IMG/VR virus record: IMGVR_UViG_3300028797_000135
Span: 1 to 64,000 of that record
Origin: a virus
Lineage: Duplodnaviria; Caudoviricetes
Direction: 5' to 3' (one strand)
Length of the DNA: 64,000 nt
Under the pieces are notes generated by a model. That model ran no database searches, was not told where the DNA came from, and worked only from the letters and a program-made list of their open reading frames with translations. The position numbers were made by a program, and so were the translations under genes. This document shows, one piece after another, positions 18,920-27,688 of this stretch (the stretch's first letter is position 1; each line of letters opens with the position of its first letter).

Positions 18920-20260
18920 TTATTTTACAACACTATCGACCTGAGGAATAACTTCACCATGACGGGAAATCTGCACCTTGCAACCAATCTGAATGCCCAT
19001 TTGCTGCATCTTGTTCAGGTTAGAGAGGGAAGCTCGCTCGACAGTAACCCCATCCAGTTCAGTCGGGGTCAGGATAGCAACAGGAGAAAGATACCTGCCC
19101 TTGCAGCTCCATTCTATTCCAATCAGAGTGGTCACAGCAGTTTCCAGTTCAAACTTGATAGCACACTGCGTCATCGGGGTCTTGCGGCGAAGGTCGTCAT
19201 AGTCGATGTCATTTATCTTGACCACAATGCCGTCACAGCCATAGTCGATAGATTTCTTTCGGCTCGCAAACACCTTTTCACGGAACGCATTGACCTGTTC
19301 AAGCGTATCGACAAGTTCATACATAGGAACTTCAAATCCGCAGGATTCCAGCCACTGCATCTTTTCCAATTCGGTCTTGAACTGGGTCGGAGCCCTGTTG
19401 AGAACATCGTAGGCGACAAAGGACATATCCTCTGAACCCTTGCCGTCAAGACGTTTCGACAAACCAGAGCTAGCGTTTCTGGCAGTCTTCATCGTCTGGG
19501 AATACTTTTCGAGGAATACGCTTTCCTTCAACATGAACTCACCACGGATTGAACCCGTGAAGTTCGGAATTTCGTGAACAAGGCCCTTCCATTTCAAAGC
19601 GGATTGAGTTATATCTTCACCTTGGAACCCGTCACCACGGGAAATCGCTTGGAGAATCTTGCCGTCCTGATACATGACTTCGCTACCAGCACCATCGCAT
19701 TTGCCATTCAGCATAAGGCGATGCTTGCCACCATACTGCGGGAACCATTCATCCTTGAATGCGTCCATGTTGGCATACTTCTGCTGAGTACCCGTAACGA
19801 GGTAATGCTGGAATTTCTTTCGGCCCGTATCGTCGGCTGCGGCCAACCCACCCGCAGCCAACGGGTTCTTCGGATTGATAGACCGAAGTTCCATTACGAG
19901 ACCGTCATACGAATCGTCAGACGCCTTTTCATGACCGTTGTAGTATTCCTTGGCGAGATATTCAATAACCTCGCACAGCAACGACTCACGGTCCAAGGCC
20001 TTTCCTTTCTTAGAGTTAGATGTGACCGCAATATCGGATGCGGCACTCACGGATGCCCTCAGTTCATTTTCGAACTCGTTCGGGCGGAACCCAGATGCAC
20101 GAAGGAGAATTGAATACTTGTAGTAAACGTCTTCTTCGTCGTTTCCATACTTTGCAAAATCAGATTCATTTAGGATGTTTTCTACCACTAAATCCATAGC
20201 GGGTTGTACACCGTCAGTCAGTTTTGCGGAAAGAGTTTCAATAAAGTCAGTGTTCTGCAT
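18920..20260 (-). CDS. ligA: NAD+-dependent DNA ligase, N-terminal part (adenylation + OB)
   Basis: YY.G…SD..YD.L..EL, KCDG adenylation motif, SRGDG..GEDIT, RGE, DGIVVK, AIKF, ASL.N, GEVIP then stop. Confidence 0.88.
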   Translation of the reverse strand: MQNTDFIETLSAKLTDGVQPAMDLVVENILNESDFAKYGNDEEDVYYKYSILLRASGFRPNEFENELRASVSAASDIAVTSNSKKGKALDRESLLCEVIEYLAKEYYNGHEKASDDSYDGLVMELRSINPKNPLAAGGLAAADDTGRKKFQHYLVTGTQQKYANMDAFKDEWFPQYGGKHRLMLNGKCDGAGSEVMYQDGKILQAISRGDGFQGEDITQSALKWKGLVHEIPNFTGSIRGEFMLKESVFLEKYSQTMKTARNASSGLSKRLDGKGSEDMSFVAYDVLNRAPTQFKTELEKMQWLESCGFEVPMYELVDTLEQVNAFREKVFASRKKSIDYGCDGIVVKINDIDYDDLRRKTPMTQCAIKFELETAVTTLIGIEWSCKGRYLSPVAILTPTELDGVTVERASLSNLNKMQQMGIQIGCKVQISRHGEVIPQVDSVVK

Positions 20261-20282
20261 AGAATTTCCTTGCTTGCTAGAA

Positions 20283-20311
20283 AATATAGTAAAATAACTC
20301 CCGTCTGTCAA
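20283..20311 (-). promoter_or_regulatory. sigma70-type promoter
   Basis: TTGACA-N17-TATATT. Confidence 0.7.
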
Positions 20312-20374
20312 CTAAAAAAGCCCGTCTTCCAGTCGGGGCAATATAAACTAGAGTTATACGTATTTGGACTGAGA

Positions 20375-22486
20375 ATGAACACCCTGTTTAACCATTACGC
20401 TTCCAAGCTAGATTTAACACTTCCGCAATACGAAGCGGTATGTGCATTGGCTAATTCATTGTTTGAAGATGCTGCATCCACAGCAAAACACAAGACAAAA
20501 AGAACCATACGCAATGTATTTCCTCAATATAATGAGCTTTTCGATGAAATCGCAACAGACGACGAAAACAATCCGATATTGACTGAAAGAGGCAATACAC
20601 AGTCAATAATCGAATATCTTGAACATAATGTGAGGAATACATTCTTCCACGACGGGATAACAAGCATAAAGTTCGAGCCAGGAGCCGCTAGAATTGCTTA
20701 CGGCGAACTTGGCATGCAAGCAAACGAGGATACTAGAAAACTTACTCTCCTTAAAAAGATACTACAAGAAATTTCGATAGCTCATGAAACCGAATACGAC
20801 TCCAACTTAAACGGCATGACGTTCGATGAACTTAAAGACCGATTCGGGGCATCAATACATAAAGCCGATGCCGAAACACAAGAAAAGCTAAAAAACAAGA
20901 CCTACGATAAAAGTGATTACACCATCAAATGGATTCCAGATTTCAGTACAGCACAACACTATCGTCAATACACTGACCATGGAAACGTCAACGAATGCTG
21001 GTGTTTGACTCGTGACGAAAGAATGTGGCAGTCATACACGGGCCAGCATAACGAAAACAAAGTATATTTCTGCCATGTTCCTAATTTCGAATCCGTTCCG
21101 AGAGAAACTGGCCCTAATGCGCCGCTTGATACCTATGGCCTTAGTTTGATTTCAGTTATAGTAACGCCAGATAAACAATTGCGAGCAGTAACATCTCGAT
21201 GGAATCATATTAACGGTGGCTCTGATGGCGTAATGAACGAGGAGCAATTATCCAATTTGCTTGGAGGATACGTATTTGACCTTTGCCCCCCTTACAGCAG
21301 AGAAGAAGTCACCAAAAGAGGATACATCTACCTTGACGAAGTCCAGCAAATGCTCGATGATGGTATTGACCTGAGTGAATATATGATTCATGTAAATATT
21401 ATTCAGATTAACGATAAACAGAATATTGTTCTACCTGGGCGGAAACTTTTGTCCGACCAATGGTTTGATGGGATAAGTGAATTCGATGATGGATTCGCTA
21501 AGGTCGTCTTGAATGGAAAACAGAACTACATCGACACAGAAGGAAATATACTATTTGACCAATGGTTTGATTGGATAGATGATTTCTATGATGGATTCGC
21601 TACGGTCAGATTGAATGGAAAATATAACTTCATTGACCCAGAAGAAAATATACTATTTGACCAATGGTTTGATGGGATGGGTAATTTCATTAATGGATTC
21701 GCTACGGTCAGATTGAATGGAAAACATAACTTCATCGACACAAAAGGAAATATACTATCTGACCAATGGTTTGATTGGATAGGTGAATTCAATAATGGAT
21801 TCGCTAAGGTCTGCTCGAATGGAAAACAGAACTTCATCGACACAAAAGGAAATATACTATATGACCAATGGTTTGATGATGCATATAGCTTCAATAATGG
21901 ATTCGCTAAGGTCAGATTGAATGGAAAAGACAACTTCATCGACACAGAAGGAAATATACTATCTGACCAAGGGTTTGATGGGGTAGTTGAATTCAAGAAT
22001 GGATTCGCTAAGGTCTGCTCGAATGGAAAAGACAACTTCATCGACACAAAAGGAAATATACTATCTGACCAATGGTTTGATGATGCGGATAGCTTCACTA
22101 ATGGATTCGCTAAGGTAAGCTTGAATGGAAAACAGAACTTCATCGACACAGAAGGAAATATACTATTTGACCAATGGTTTGATGATGCATATAGCTTAGA
22201 TAATGGATTCGCTAGGGTCAGCTTGAATGGAAAAGCGAACTTCATCGACGCAAAAGGAAATATACTATTTGACCAATGGTTTGATGCGATAACTAAATTC
22301 TATCATGGAGTCGCCAAGGTTTACTTGAATGGAAAAGAAAACTTCATCGACACAGAAGGAAATATACTATTTGACCAATGGTTTGATAGGATACGTGAAT
22401 TCCATGATGGATTCGCCGAGGTTTACTTGAATGGAACATGGTACAACATCGACACAAAAGGAAACATTAGTCCGAAGGACGAGTAG
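20375..22486 (+). CDS. leader-motif protein with ten 34-aa WG/KWG-like repeats
   Basis: TATAAACTA at 20342; N-terminal leader; repeats DQWFD…F.NGFAKV.LNGK.NFIDT.GN. Confidence 0.8.
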   Translation: MNTLFNHYASKLDLTLPQYEAVCALANSLFEDAASTAKHKTKRTIRNVFPQYNELFDEIATDDENNPILTERGNTQSIIEYLEHNVRNTFFHDGITSIKFEPGAARIAYGELGMQANEDTRKLTLLKKILQEISIAHETEYDSNLNGMTFDELKDRFGASIHKADAETQEKLKNKTYDKSDYTIKWIPDFSTAQHYRQYTDHGNVNECWCLTRDERMWQSYTGQHNENKVYFCHVPNFESVPRETGPNAPLDTYGLSLISVIVTPDKQLRAVTSRWNHINGGSDGVMNEEQLSNLLGGYVFDLCPPYSREEVTKRGYIYLDEVQQMLDDGIDLSEYMIHVNIIQINDKQNIVLPGRKLLSDQWFDGISEFDDGFAKVVLNGKQNYIDTEGNILFDQWFDWIDDFYDGFATVRLNGKYNFIDPEENILFDQWFDGMGNFINGFATVRLNGKHNFIDTKGNILSDQWFDWIGEFNNGFAKVCSNGKQNFIDTKGNILYDQWFDDAYSFNNGFAKVRLNGKDNFIDTEGNILSDQGFDGVVEFKNGFAKVCSNGKDNFIDTKGNILSDQWFDDADSFTNGFAKVSLNGKQNFIDTEGNILFDQWFDDAYSLDNGFARVSLNGKANFIDAKGNILFDQWFDAITKFYHGVAKVYLNGKENFIDTEGNILFDQWFDRIREFHDGFAEVYLNGTWYNIDTKGNISPKDE
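21445..22470 (+). repeat. 102-bp coding tandem repeat x10
   Basis: GACCAATGGTTTGAT recurring every 102 bp. Confidence 0.9.
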
Positions 22487-22491
22487 TCAAC

Positions 22492-22523
22492 AAAAAAGGC
22501 CCGACTGAAAACCAGTCGGGCCT
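22492..22523. terminator. intrinsic terminator ending the tRNA operon
   Basis: AAAAAAGGCCCGACTG-aaaac-CAGTCGGGCCT; U-tract on minus strand. Confidence 0.7.
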
Positions 22524-22552
22524 GAGATTTTATCTTTCGGCTTTGCAATTAG

Positions 22553-22627
22553 TACCCGAGACAGGATTCGAACCTTGTGACCCTCTGCTTAGAAGGCAGA
22601 CGCTCTGTCCAGCTGAGCTACTCGGGC
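22553..22627 (-). tRNA. tRNA-Arg(TCT)
   Basis: cloverleaf; loop CT-TCT-AA. Confidence 0.9.
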
Positions 22628-22638
22628 AAGTTCATTCG

Positions 22639-22712
22639 TCGGCAGAGTGGGACTCGAACCCACAAAATCTTGGGTTTGAACCAAGCACGTATACCAGTTC
22701 CATCACCTGCCG
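22639..22712 (-). tRNA. tRNA-Leu(CAA), lacks long variable arm
   Basis: loop TT-CAA-AC; Leu-type D arm; 5-nt variable loop. Confidence 0.75.
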
Positions 22713-22719
22713 AATTTAG

Positions 22720-22803
22720 TCGGTAAGGGGGGACTCGAACCCCCACGTCCTTACGGACACCAGCCCCTCAAGCTGGTGCGCCTACCAGTTCCGCCACCTA
22801 CCG
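22720..22803 (-). tRNA. tRNA-Leu(GAG)
   Basis: cloverleaf with long variable arm. Confidence 0.9.
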
Positions 22804-22817
22804 ATGCGAGAAAATAA

Positions 22818-22900
22818 TCGGCAAGGTGGGACTCGAACCCACACGCCCTTTCGAGCACCAGCTCCTAAGGCTGGAGTGTCTTCCATTCCACCACTAACCG
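22818..22900 (-). tRNA. tRNA-Leu(TAG)
   Basis: cloverleaf with long variable arm. Confidence 0.9.
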
Positions 22901-22909
22901 AAATTTTAG

Positions 22910-22982
22910 CAGGGCGTGATGGACTCGAACCACCGAGTAACAGTTTTGGAGACTGCAGACCTACCAACTGGTCGAACGCCCT
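22910..22982 (-). tRNA. tRNA-Trp(CCA)
   Basis: loop CT-CCA-AA. Confidence 0.88.
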
Positions 22983-23031
22983 AAAAAGCGGATGGCCTTT
23001 CGGCCACCCTAATGTCTAACGAACAAAGAAA

Positions 23032-24372
23032 TTACTCTTCGCTCTTTGCACCCATCTTCTCGTACTCAGCGATGTACTTGAAGATACCGTCGCTGAATCC
23101 GTTGATGTGGATGAAGTCACCGTAAGAGATTCCGAACTGGTGCGGAGCCACGTTCACGATGTACTTGTGCGGGATGCGGAGAACATCCTTGGTGAAAGAA
23201 CCACCAATAGACTGCTCGTCGGTGATGATAATCACACGGTCAAACGGTCTGGTGTTAGCTCTAACAGCACTGTTTGTACAACCGTAAAGGTCAGTACCGC
23301 CAACGCAACGAGCACAACGGTCGGCAAGCGCAAAGCCCTTGGATGTGGTTGCGTGTGCATCCATATCGAAGGTGTAAACCTTGTCAAACTCACAGACCTC
23401 ATCCATGATGGCAGCGAGAGATGCGGCAGCCTCTCCACGAGTGACTTCGCTCTTACCTGCCAAATGGTTGTCCATAGAACCCGACGTATCGACCATGAAC
23501 AGGGTGTTACCCTCCAACTTGTCGAACGTCTCACGAGCGGCCTTCAACATTGCTGCCTCAAGCTGCTTGGAGTAGGTTCCGTCGCTGTACTTGTTTGCTG
23601 TGTAGAAGTTGTACGGCATGATGCCCTTCACGTTCAACTTCGAGATGCCATCCACGATTGCTCGCTGTGACACCTTTGCCTGCTCCATGTTGCGGAGGTT
23701 CCTCAACAGGGCGAGGGCACCCAGCTTGTTCGTTGAAAGAAGGTTCTCGAAGACCGTCTTCTTGTCCTTACCAGCGCTCAACTCGGTCTCCCAAGTAAGC
23801 GGAGTAGCAAGGCTGTTGTCTACAATCTTCTTGTAGAGAGCGTTCTTCTCGTCATTCGGTGCCTTCGGGTGGCACAGCATGACTGCATCCTTCAATGACA
23901 CATTCTTCTTGTTACCCTTGTACTTACCGAACTGGTACTCGTCGAACTTGTCGAACGACATAGCCAAGCCCTTCTGCAACTGCTTCGGAAGTGTCTTCTT
24001 CTTGCCGTCTGCGAGGTACATGGCGAGCAACTCGGTGATGTCATCAACACGGGTTACCGTCGAGTAAACAAGTTCCTTAGTCAGCTTACCCTGACTTGCG
24101 AGCACAGTAAGCATGAACAACGGGGTATGACGAAGGTGATACTCGTGCTTGGCCTTGTTCAGAGTTGCGATTGCAAACTCGTTGCTGACCTTGCCCATGT
24201 ATTCCTTGATGCGGTCCTTGATGGACTCTCCGTCCTCATAGAACGTATCCTCGTTCAGGAGGCAGCACAGCACAGTACGCTGCAACTTCTCCTCGAAACC
24301 GATGTGTGAAGCCTTTCCACCCTCGTGAGTGAACACAGGGGTAGATACCTTTCTCTTGTTAATCGACGCCAT
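23032..24372 (-). CDS. Ro60/Rsr TROVE-domain RNA-binding protein with vWA domain
   Basis: THEGG…L.R..LCCLL.E.TFYE, FD.YQF.KY…SLKD…HPK, TWE.ELS, ALLRNLRN, DTSGSM MIDAS, GGTD, IIITDEQ. Confidence 0.92.
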   Translation of the reverse strand: MASINKRKVSTPVFTHEGGKASHIGFEEKLQRTVLCCLLNEDTFYEDGESIKDRIKEYMGKVSNEFAIATLNKAKHEYHLRHTPLFMLTVLASQGKLTKELVYSTVTRVDDITELLAMYLADGKKKTLPKQLQKGLAMSFDKFDEYQFGKYKGNKKNVSLKDAVMLCHPKAPNDEKNALYKKIVDNSLATPLTWETELSAGKDKKTVFENLLSTNKLGALALLRNLRNMEQAKVSQRAIVDGISKLNVKGIMPYNFYTANKYSDGTYSKQLEAAMLKAARETFDKLEGNTLFMVDTSGSMDNHLAGKSEVTRGEAAASLAAIMDEVCEFDKVYTFDMDAHATTSKGFALADRCARCVGGTDLYGCTNSAVRANTRPFDRVIIITDEQSIGGSFTKDVLRIPHKYIVNVAPHQFGISYGDFIHINGFSDGIFKYIAEYEKMGAKSEE

Positions 24373-24423
24373 AATCATCTCCTTTGTTGTGATTAGGAAT
24401 TGTTGTTGATGTTAAAAAAGTAT

Positions 24424-24559
24424 TGCCAGATGTCGGACTCGGACCGACAACCTCCTGGATGATTCCTAAGTAACACATTTCATACACCACAATCCATGGG
24501 ATTGGGAAAAGCGAAAGTGCTGTTTTTGGCCTGGAGCTCTACCATTGAGCTAATCTGGC
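24424..24559 (-). ncRNA. tRNA-Y-module chimera 1 (no anticodon loop)
   Basis: acceptor GCCAGAT/ATCTGGC, D and T arms; anticodon loop replaced by CACTTTCGCTTTTCC-CAATCC-cat-GGATTG-T-GG-TGTAT-GAAATGTG-TTACTT module. Confidence 0.75.
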
Positions 24560-24572
24560 GTAAAGAAAAACA

Positions 24573-24724
24573 TGCCGACGGAAAGAGTCGAACTTTCAAA
24601 AGATTAATGTTATGGCAATCTAAGTAACTCTCACGTCGCAACGATTTTCACCGAGAAAGTTGTAAGAGGAACCCTCCCCTACCGTTAATCAACCTGTCGC
24701 CAGATTGACGGGGAGGCGTCGGCA
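24573..24724 (-). ncRNA. tRNA-Y-module chimera 2 (extended D-like arm)
   Basis: acceptor TGCCGACG/CGTCGGCA, T arm GAAAG-TTCGACT-CTTTC; module CTCTTAC…CGGT-GAAA-ATCG-T-TG…GTGAGAG-TTACTT. Confidence 0.65.
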
Positions 24725-24731
24725 TGTGTTA

Positions 24732-24806
24732 AGTGGTTAATGGGATTTGAACCCATGTCTTCAGCATGGCAAGCTGACACATTAGACCAGACTATGTTAC
24801 AACCAC
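24732..24806 (-). tRNA. tRNA-Gly(GCC)
   Basis: loop TT-GCC-AT; U73. Confidence 0.88.
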
Positions 24807-24820
24807 GAAAAAATTATTAG

Positions 24821-24954
24821 TCCCACAGGCAGGATTTGAACCTACGACATCCAGTCACCATTATCGAAGTAAGCCATCCATACGTCACCTTTGCAGGGAA
24901 AAAAGCGAAAGGCTATTCATTTACTAGCGCTCTACCAGACTGAGCTACTGTGGG
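24821..24954 (-). ncRNA. tRNA-Y-module chimera 3 (no anticodon loop)
   Basis: acceptor CCCACAG/CTGTGGG, D and T arms; module AGCCTTTCGCTTTTTTC-CCT-GCAA-AGG-T-GA-CGTAT-GGATGGC-TTACTT. Confidence 0.75.
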
Positions 24955-24962
24955 AAAATTAG

Positions 24963-25046
24963 AGGAGGGAACAGGGTTCGAACCTGCGTGTCGTCACCGA
25001 CAAAGCTTTAGCAAAGCTCCGCTTTTACCAATTCAGCCATCCCTCC
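24963..25046 (-). tRNA. tRNA-Ser(GCT)
   Basis: cloverleaf with long variable arm. Confidence 0.88.
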
Positions 25047-25051
25047 ATTAG

Positions 25052-25125
25052 TGTGCTTGGCCAGAATCGAACTGGCGACCTACAGTTTAGGAAACTGTTG
25101 CTCTATCCAACTGAGCTACAAGCAC
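25052..25125 (-). tRNA. tRNA-Arg(CCT)
   Basis: loop TT-CCT-AA. Confidence 0.9.
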
Positions 25126-25133
25126 AATCGGAA

Positions 25134-25439
25134 TTACTGTTTCGGACCGACAACGTGTTTAATCGTGACCTTTTCCTTTCCAGCAAAAACTTCAACAGAT
25201 AGCGTACATGTGTGCGTATCCTTGTCGAAAGTGTCCCAAGCACGCCACATCTTGACACCGTTGTTTATTGTCGCCTTACGATAAATGTCGTAAACGGCAT
25301 CGAGAACTTCACGCCTAGACGCTTCGCCATCCTTGAACAATAGTTTGTTTTCGCAAAGCTTTTCCACTTGCGGTTCTACGATAGCCTTTACTGCGGCGAG
25401 AGCCTGTGAAGCATGCACTTTATCCAATGTTGTACTCAT
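25134..25439 (-). CDS. hypothetical protein, paralog A in tRNA operon
   Basis: GGAG RBS; G.K.WR.WD.F.KDTHT.T..VE.F.GK motif shared with neighbour. Confidence 0.7.
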   Translation of the reverse strand: MSTTLDKVHASQALAAVKAIVEPQVEKLCENKLLFKDGEASRREVLDAVYDIYRKATINNGVKMWRAWDTFDKDTHTCTLSVEVFAGKEKVTIKHVVGPKQ

Positions 25440-25456
25440 AGAGTCTCCATTACTGT

Positions 25457-25750
25457 TTAATCAACATCGGCAGGTTTAGCCGTGTGTTCCAGCACGAGCT
25501 TATTCTTGCCCTTGAAGATTTCCACCGTCACCGTGTAGGTGTGGGTGTCCTTGTTGAACTTATCCCAGACACGCCAGAGCTTGGCTCCATGGGCAGCGGC
25601 TGCGGGCTGATACAGGTCGTAGACCTTGTTCAGAATATCCCTGTTGGGCGATGTAGCATTCTTGAAGATAGCCTTATCTTCAAGAATCTTTGTCATCTTG
25701 TATTCAACAAGAGATGGTGCGAAATCCACATCTTTCTTCGAGAAATTCAT
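25457..25750 (-). CDS. hypothetical protein, paralog B in tRNA operon
   Basis: AAGGAG RBS before MNFSKK; same motif as paralog A. Confidence 0.7.
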   Translation of the reverse strand: MNFSKKDVDFAPSLVEYKMTKILEDKAIFKNATSPNRDILNKVYDLYQPAAAAHGAKLWRVWDKFNKDTHTYTVTVEIFKGKNKLVLEHTAKPADVD

Positions 25751-25778
25751 AGAATCTCCTTTGATTTTGAAAATGTTA

Positions 25779-25864
25779 AGCACAAGGTAAGATTCGGACT
25801 TACGTGAGCCTTTCGGCCTAGAGGTTTTGCAGACCTCCCCCTTCGACCACTTGGGTACTTGCGC
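25779..25864 (-). tRNA. tRNA-Cys(GCA) with atypical long variable arm
   Basis: loop CT-GCA-AA; U73; variable arm GGCC-GAAA-GGCT. Confidence 0.75.
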
Positions 25865-25867
25865 TAA

Positions 25868-26465
25868 AATCCATTCTCTTTCGTAACGAGCTGAATGGTA
25901 AGCCGTGCCATTGTATGGCAATCATCCGCACCTATGCGCAAATCAACACGGCCAGTTTTCGGTTTCACCGCAGGGAACAGTACCTGATTGAAAACATGAA
26001 GTCGTCTGTTATCTTGACATAATGCACCTCTTGCAGCAACATTGCTGTACCCGCCCTCATTAAGGACCTGCCTCTATTCGGAACGGCGGCTGCAATTCTT
26101 TGTCGGCGCATGCGGGCTTTAATACCTGCATCCCTTCAAGCAATATATCCTGTTAGAAAGAACAGGAACTTGTGCATCATCTTCTTCCCTTGGCTTCCAC
26201 ACCTTGAATGAGAGCAGTCTGCCCTCACCGATTTGGGTTTAACTAATCGGGATGATGCATCGGGAATCACACGGATAGTAGCATGCCAGTCACGGTGAAC
26301 TATCTGCGTCCTATCCATAACTACCGCCAACTGCATTGTGGCGAAGACGGCAGTCATTTTTAGTGATTGTGGAAAATCTTGTCGGCACCCGTTATGTGGC
26401 TTTCGCCGCAACCTTTGGATTTTACAACGTGTCGTGAAACACATGACCATCTTTCAGTGCCTATT
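25868..26465 (-). ncRNA. candidate ~600-nt highly structured ncRNA
   Basis: no credible ORF; many nested helices (GGCAC/GTGCC, GGC-GAAA-GCC, TGCATCATC/GATGATGCA, ATGACTGCCG/CGGTAGTTAT). Confidence 0.5.
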
Positions 26466-26468
26466 TAG

Positions 26469-26541
26469 TTGGGGTAGCTGGACTCGAACCAACGAATATG
26501 GGAATCAAAATCCCATGTCTTACCAACTTGACGATACCCCA
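26469..26541 (-). tRNA. tRNA-Gln(TTG)
   Basis: loop TT-TTG-AT. Confidence 0.9.
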
Positions 26542-26551
26542 GTAAATGTAG

Positions 26552-26627
26552 TGCTCCATCAAGGACTCGAACCTTGGACCCGATGCTTAAGAGGCAACTG
26601 CTCTAACCAAAACTGAGCTAATGAAGC
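26552..26627 (-). tRNA. tRNA-Lys(CTT)
   Basis: loop CT-CTT-AA. Confidence 0.88.
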
Positions 26628-26636
26628 GAAACTTCG

Positions 26637-26709
<73 letters not shown>

Positions 26710-26713
26710 ATAG

Positions 26714-26786
26714 AGCGGATAATGGGACTCGAACCCACAACAACCTGCTTGGAGGGCAGGAACTCTACCAATTGAGCTACATCCGC
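26714..26786 (-). tRNA. tRNA-Gly(TCC)
   Basis: loop CC-TCC-AA; U73. Confidence 0.88.
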
Positions 26787-26793
26787 ATATTAG

Positions 26794-26863
26794 TTAACCT
26801 TCATGAAATCGAATCATGACACAGGACGAACCGAAGTCCGAACTGCACCAAACCTGGAGGCTA
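26794..26863 (-). pseudogene. degenerate tRNA-like element
   Basis: T arm CATGA-TTCGATT-TCATG, weak acceptor TAGCCTC/AAGGTTA, CTA trailer; D arm collapsed. Confidence 0.35.
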
Positions 26864-27112
26864 GGATATGTACACTTTCCATTGTGCAATCAGCTCTTTG
26901 GGACGCTGACACCCCACCTTCATCTCGGGACGGTGCGAAACGCTATCTACTGGCCACTCGCCAAGGCATAGAATTACTCCTTATGTGAAGTTCACCCGCA
27001 TTACCAGATACGGTTTGCGACGCCATATCCTTCCTGCCCTTTTTACTTCCAACTTTAGAGGCCGTTTGCTTCACATGTCTGCACAGCAAACAAACGGTAA
27101 GAAAGCAAGCTC

Positions 27113-27186
27113 TGGGACCTCTCGGACTTGAACCGAGAACCGACGGGTTATGAGTCCGTAGCTCTCACCAATTGAGCTAAAGTCCC
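27113..27186 (-). tRNA. tRNA-Ile2/Met(CAT), probably Ile2
   Basis: loop CT-CAT-AA; GGG acceptor start. Confidence 0.8.
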
Positions 27187-27457
27187 TAACTCGCATTTGT
27201 TCCTTCGCATTTCGACAATGGCGTTTGTCAATCTGCTATCATAATCCCTTTTACATTTGTTTTCTGAAAGGGAACTTGCGCTGTGCGAAACAGCCGTTTA
27301 CAAAACAGAAACTTCATCGGAGCGACCGATATATCCGCAAGAATCACCGTATGTCATTTCACCACATCCAGCCACGGAATGGATACTCCGACGGTTCAGT
27401 GTGCCACCTGCGATTTGGCACCGTTTGCTGCTACGCTGAAACGGAAAGATTGTTTAG

Positions 27458-27583
27458 ACCCAGCGACAGGACTCGAACCTGTGACCACGAGTTTTGCAGA
27501 CTAAGTAACCCACTCTATCACAACCCTTGCGGGAGAAAAAGCGAACAGGTTTTTACGGGCTCTACCAACTGAGCTACACTGGG
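27458..27583 (-). ncRNA. tRNA-Cys(GCA) interrupted by 53-nt Y-module between positions 28 and 29
   Basis: removing 27503-27555 gives 73-nt tRNA with CGAGT-CTGCAAA-ACTCG arm and U73. Confidence 0.8.
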
Positions 27584-27586
27584 GAA

Positions 27587-27676
27587 ATCCAGGTAAAAAG
27601 GCGAAACCGATTACGCCCGTTAGGGCAAATCTGTGTGAAAGACAGAGCGAAGTAACGGTTTCTATCGACACTGGAT
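27587..27676 (-). ncRNA. free Y-RNA-like ncRNA A
   Basis: 5'/3' ends pair: ATCCAG-T-GT-CGATA-GAAACCG-TTACTT … CGGTTTC-GCCTTTTT-AC-CTGGAT. Confidence 0.7.
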
Positions 27677-27688
27677 GAAATTTATTAG

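Noticed and set aside
21445-22470. CRISPR array or DGR variable region
   Set aside because: The repeats are in-frame 102-bp coding units with no unique spacers. Variation is not adenine-specific and there is no reverse transcriptase in the window.
22639-22900. Suppressor tRNAs / stop-codon recoding
   Set aside because: The TTCAAAC loop centres on CAA, not TCA, and anticodon TAG reads Leu CTA. Genes end normally at TAG, TGA and TAA and ORFs are long in code 11.
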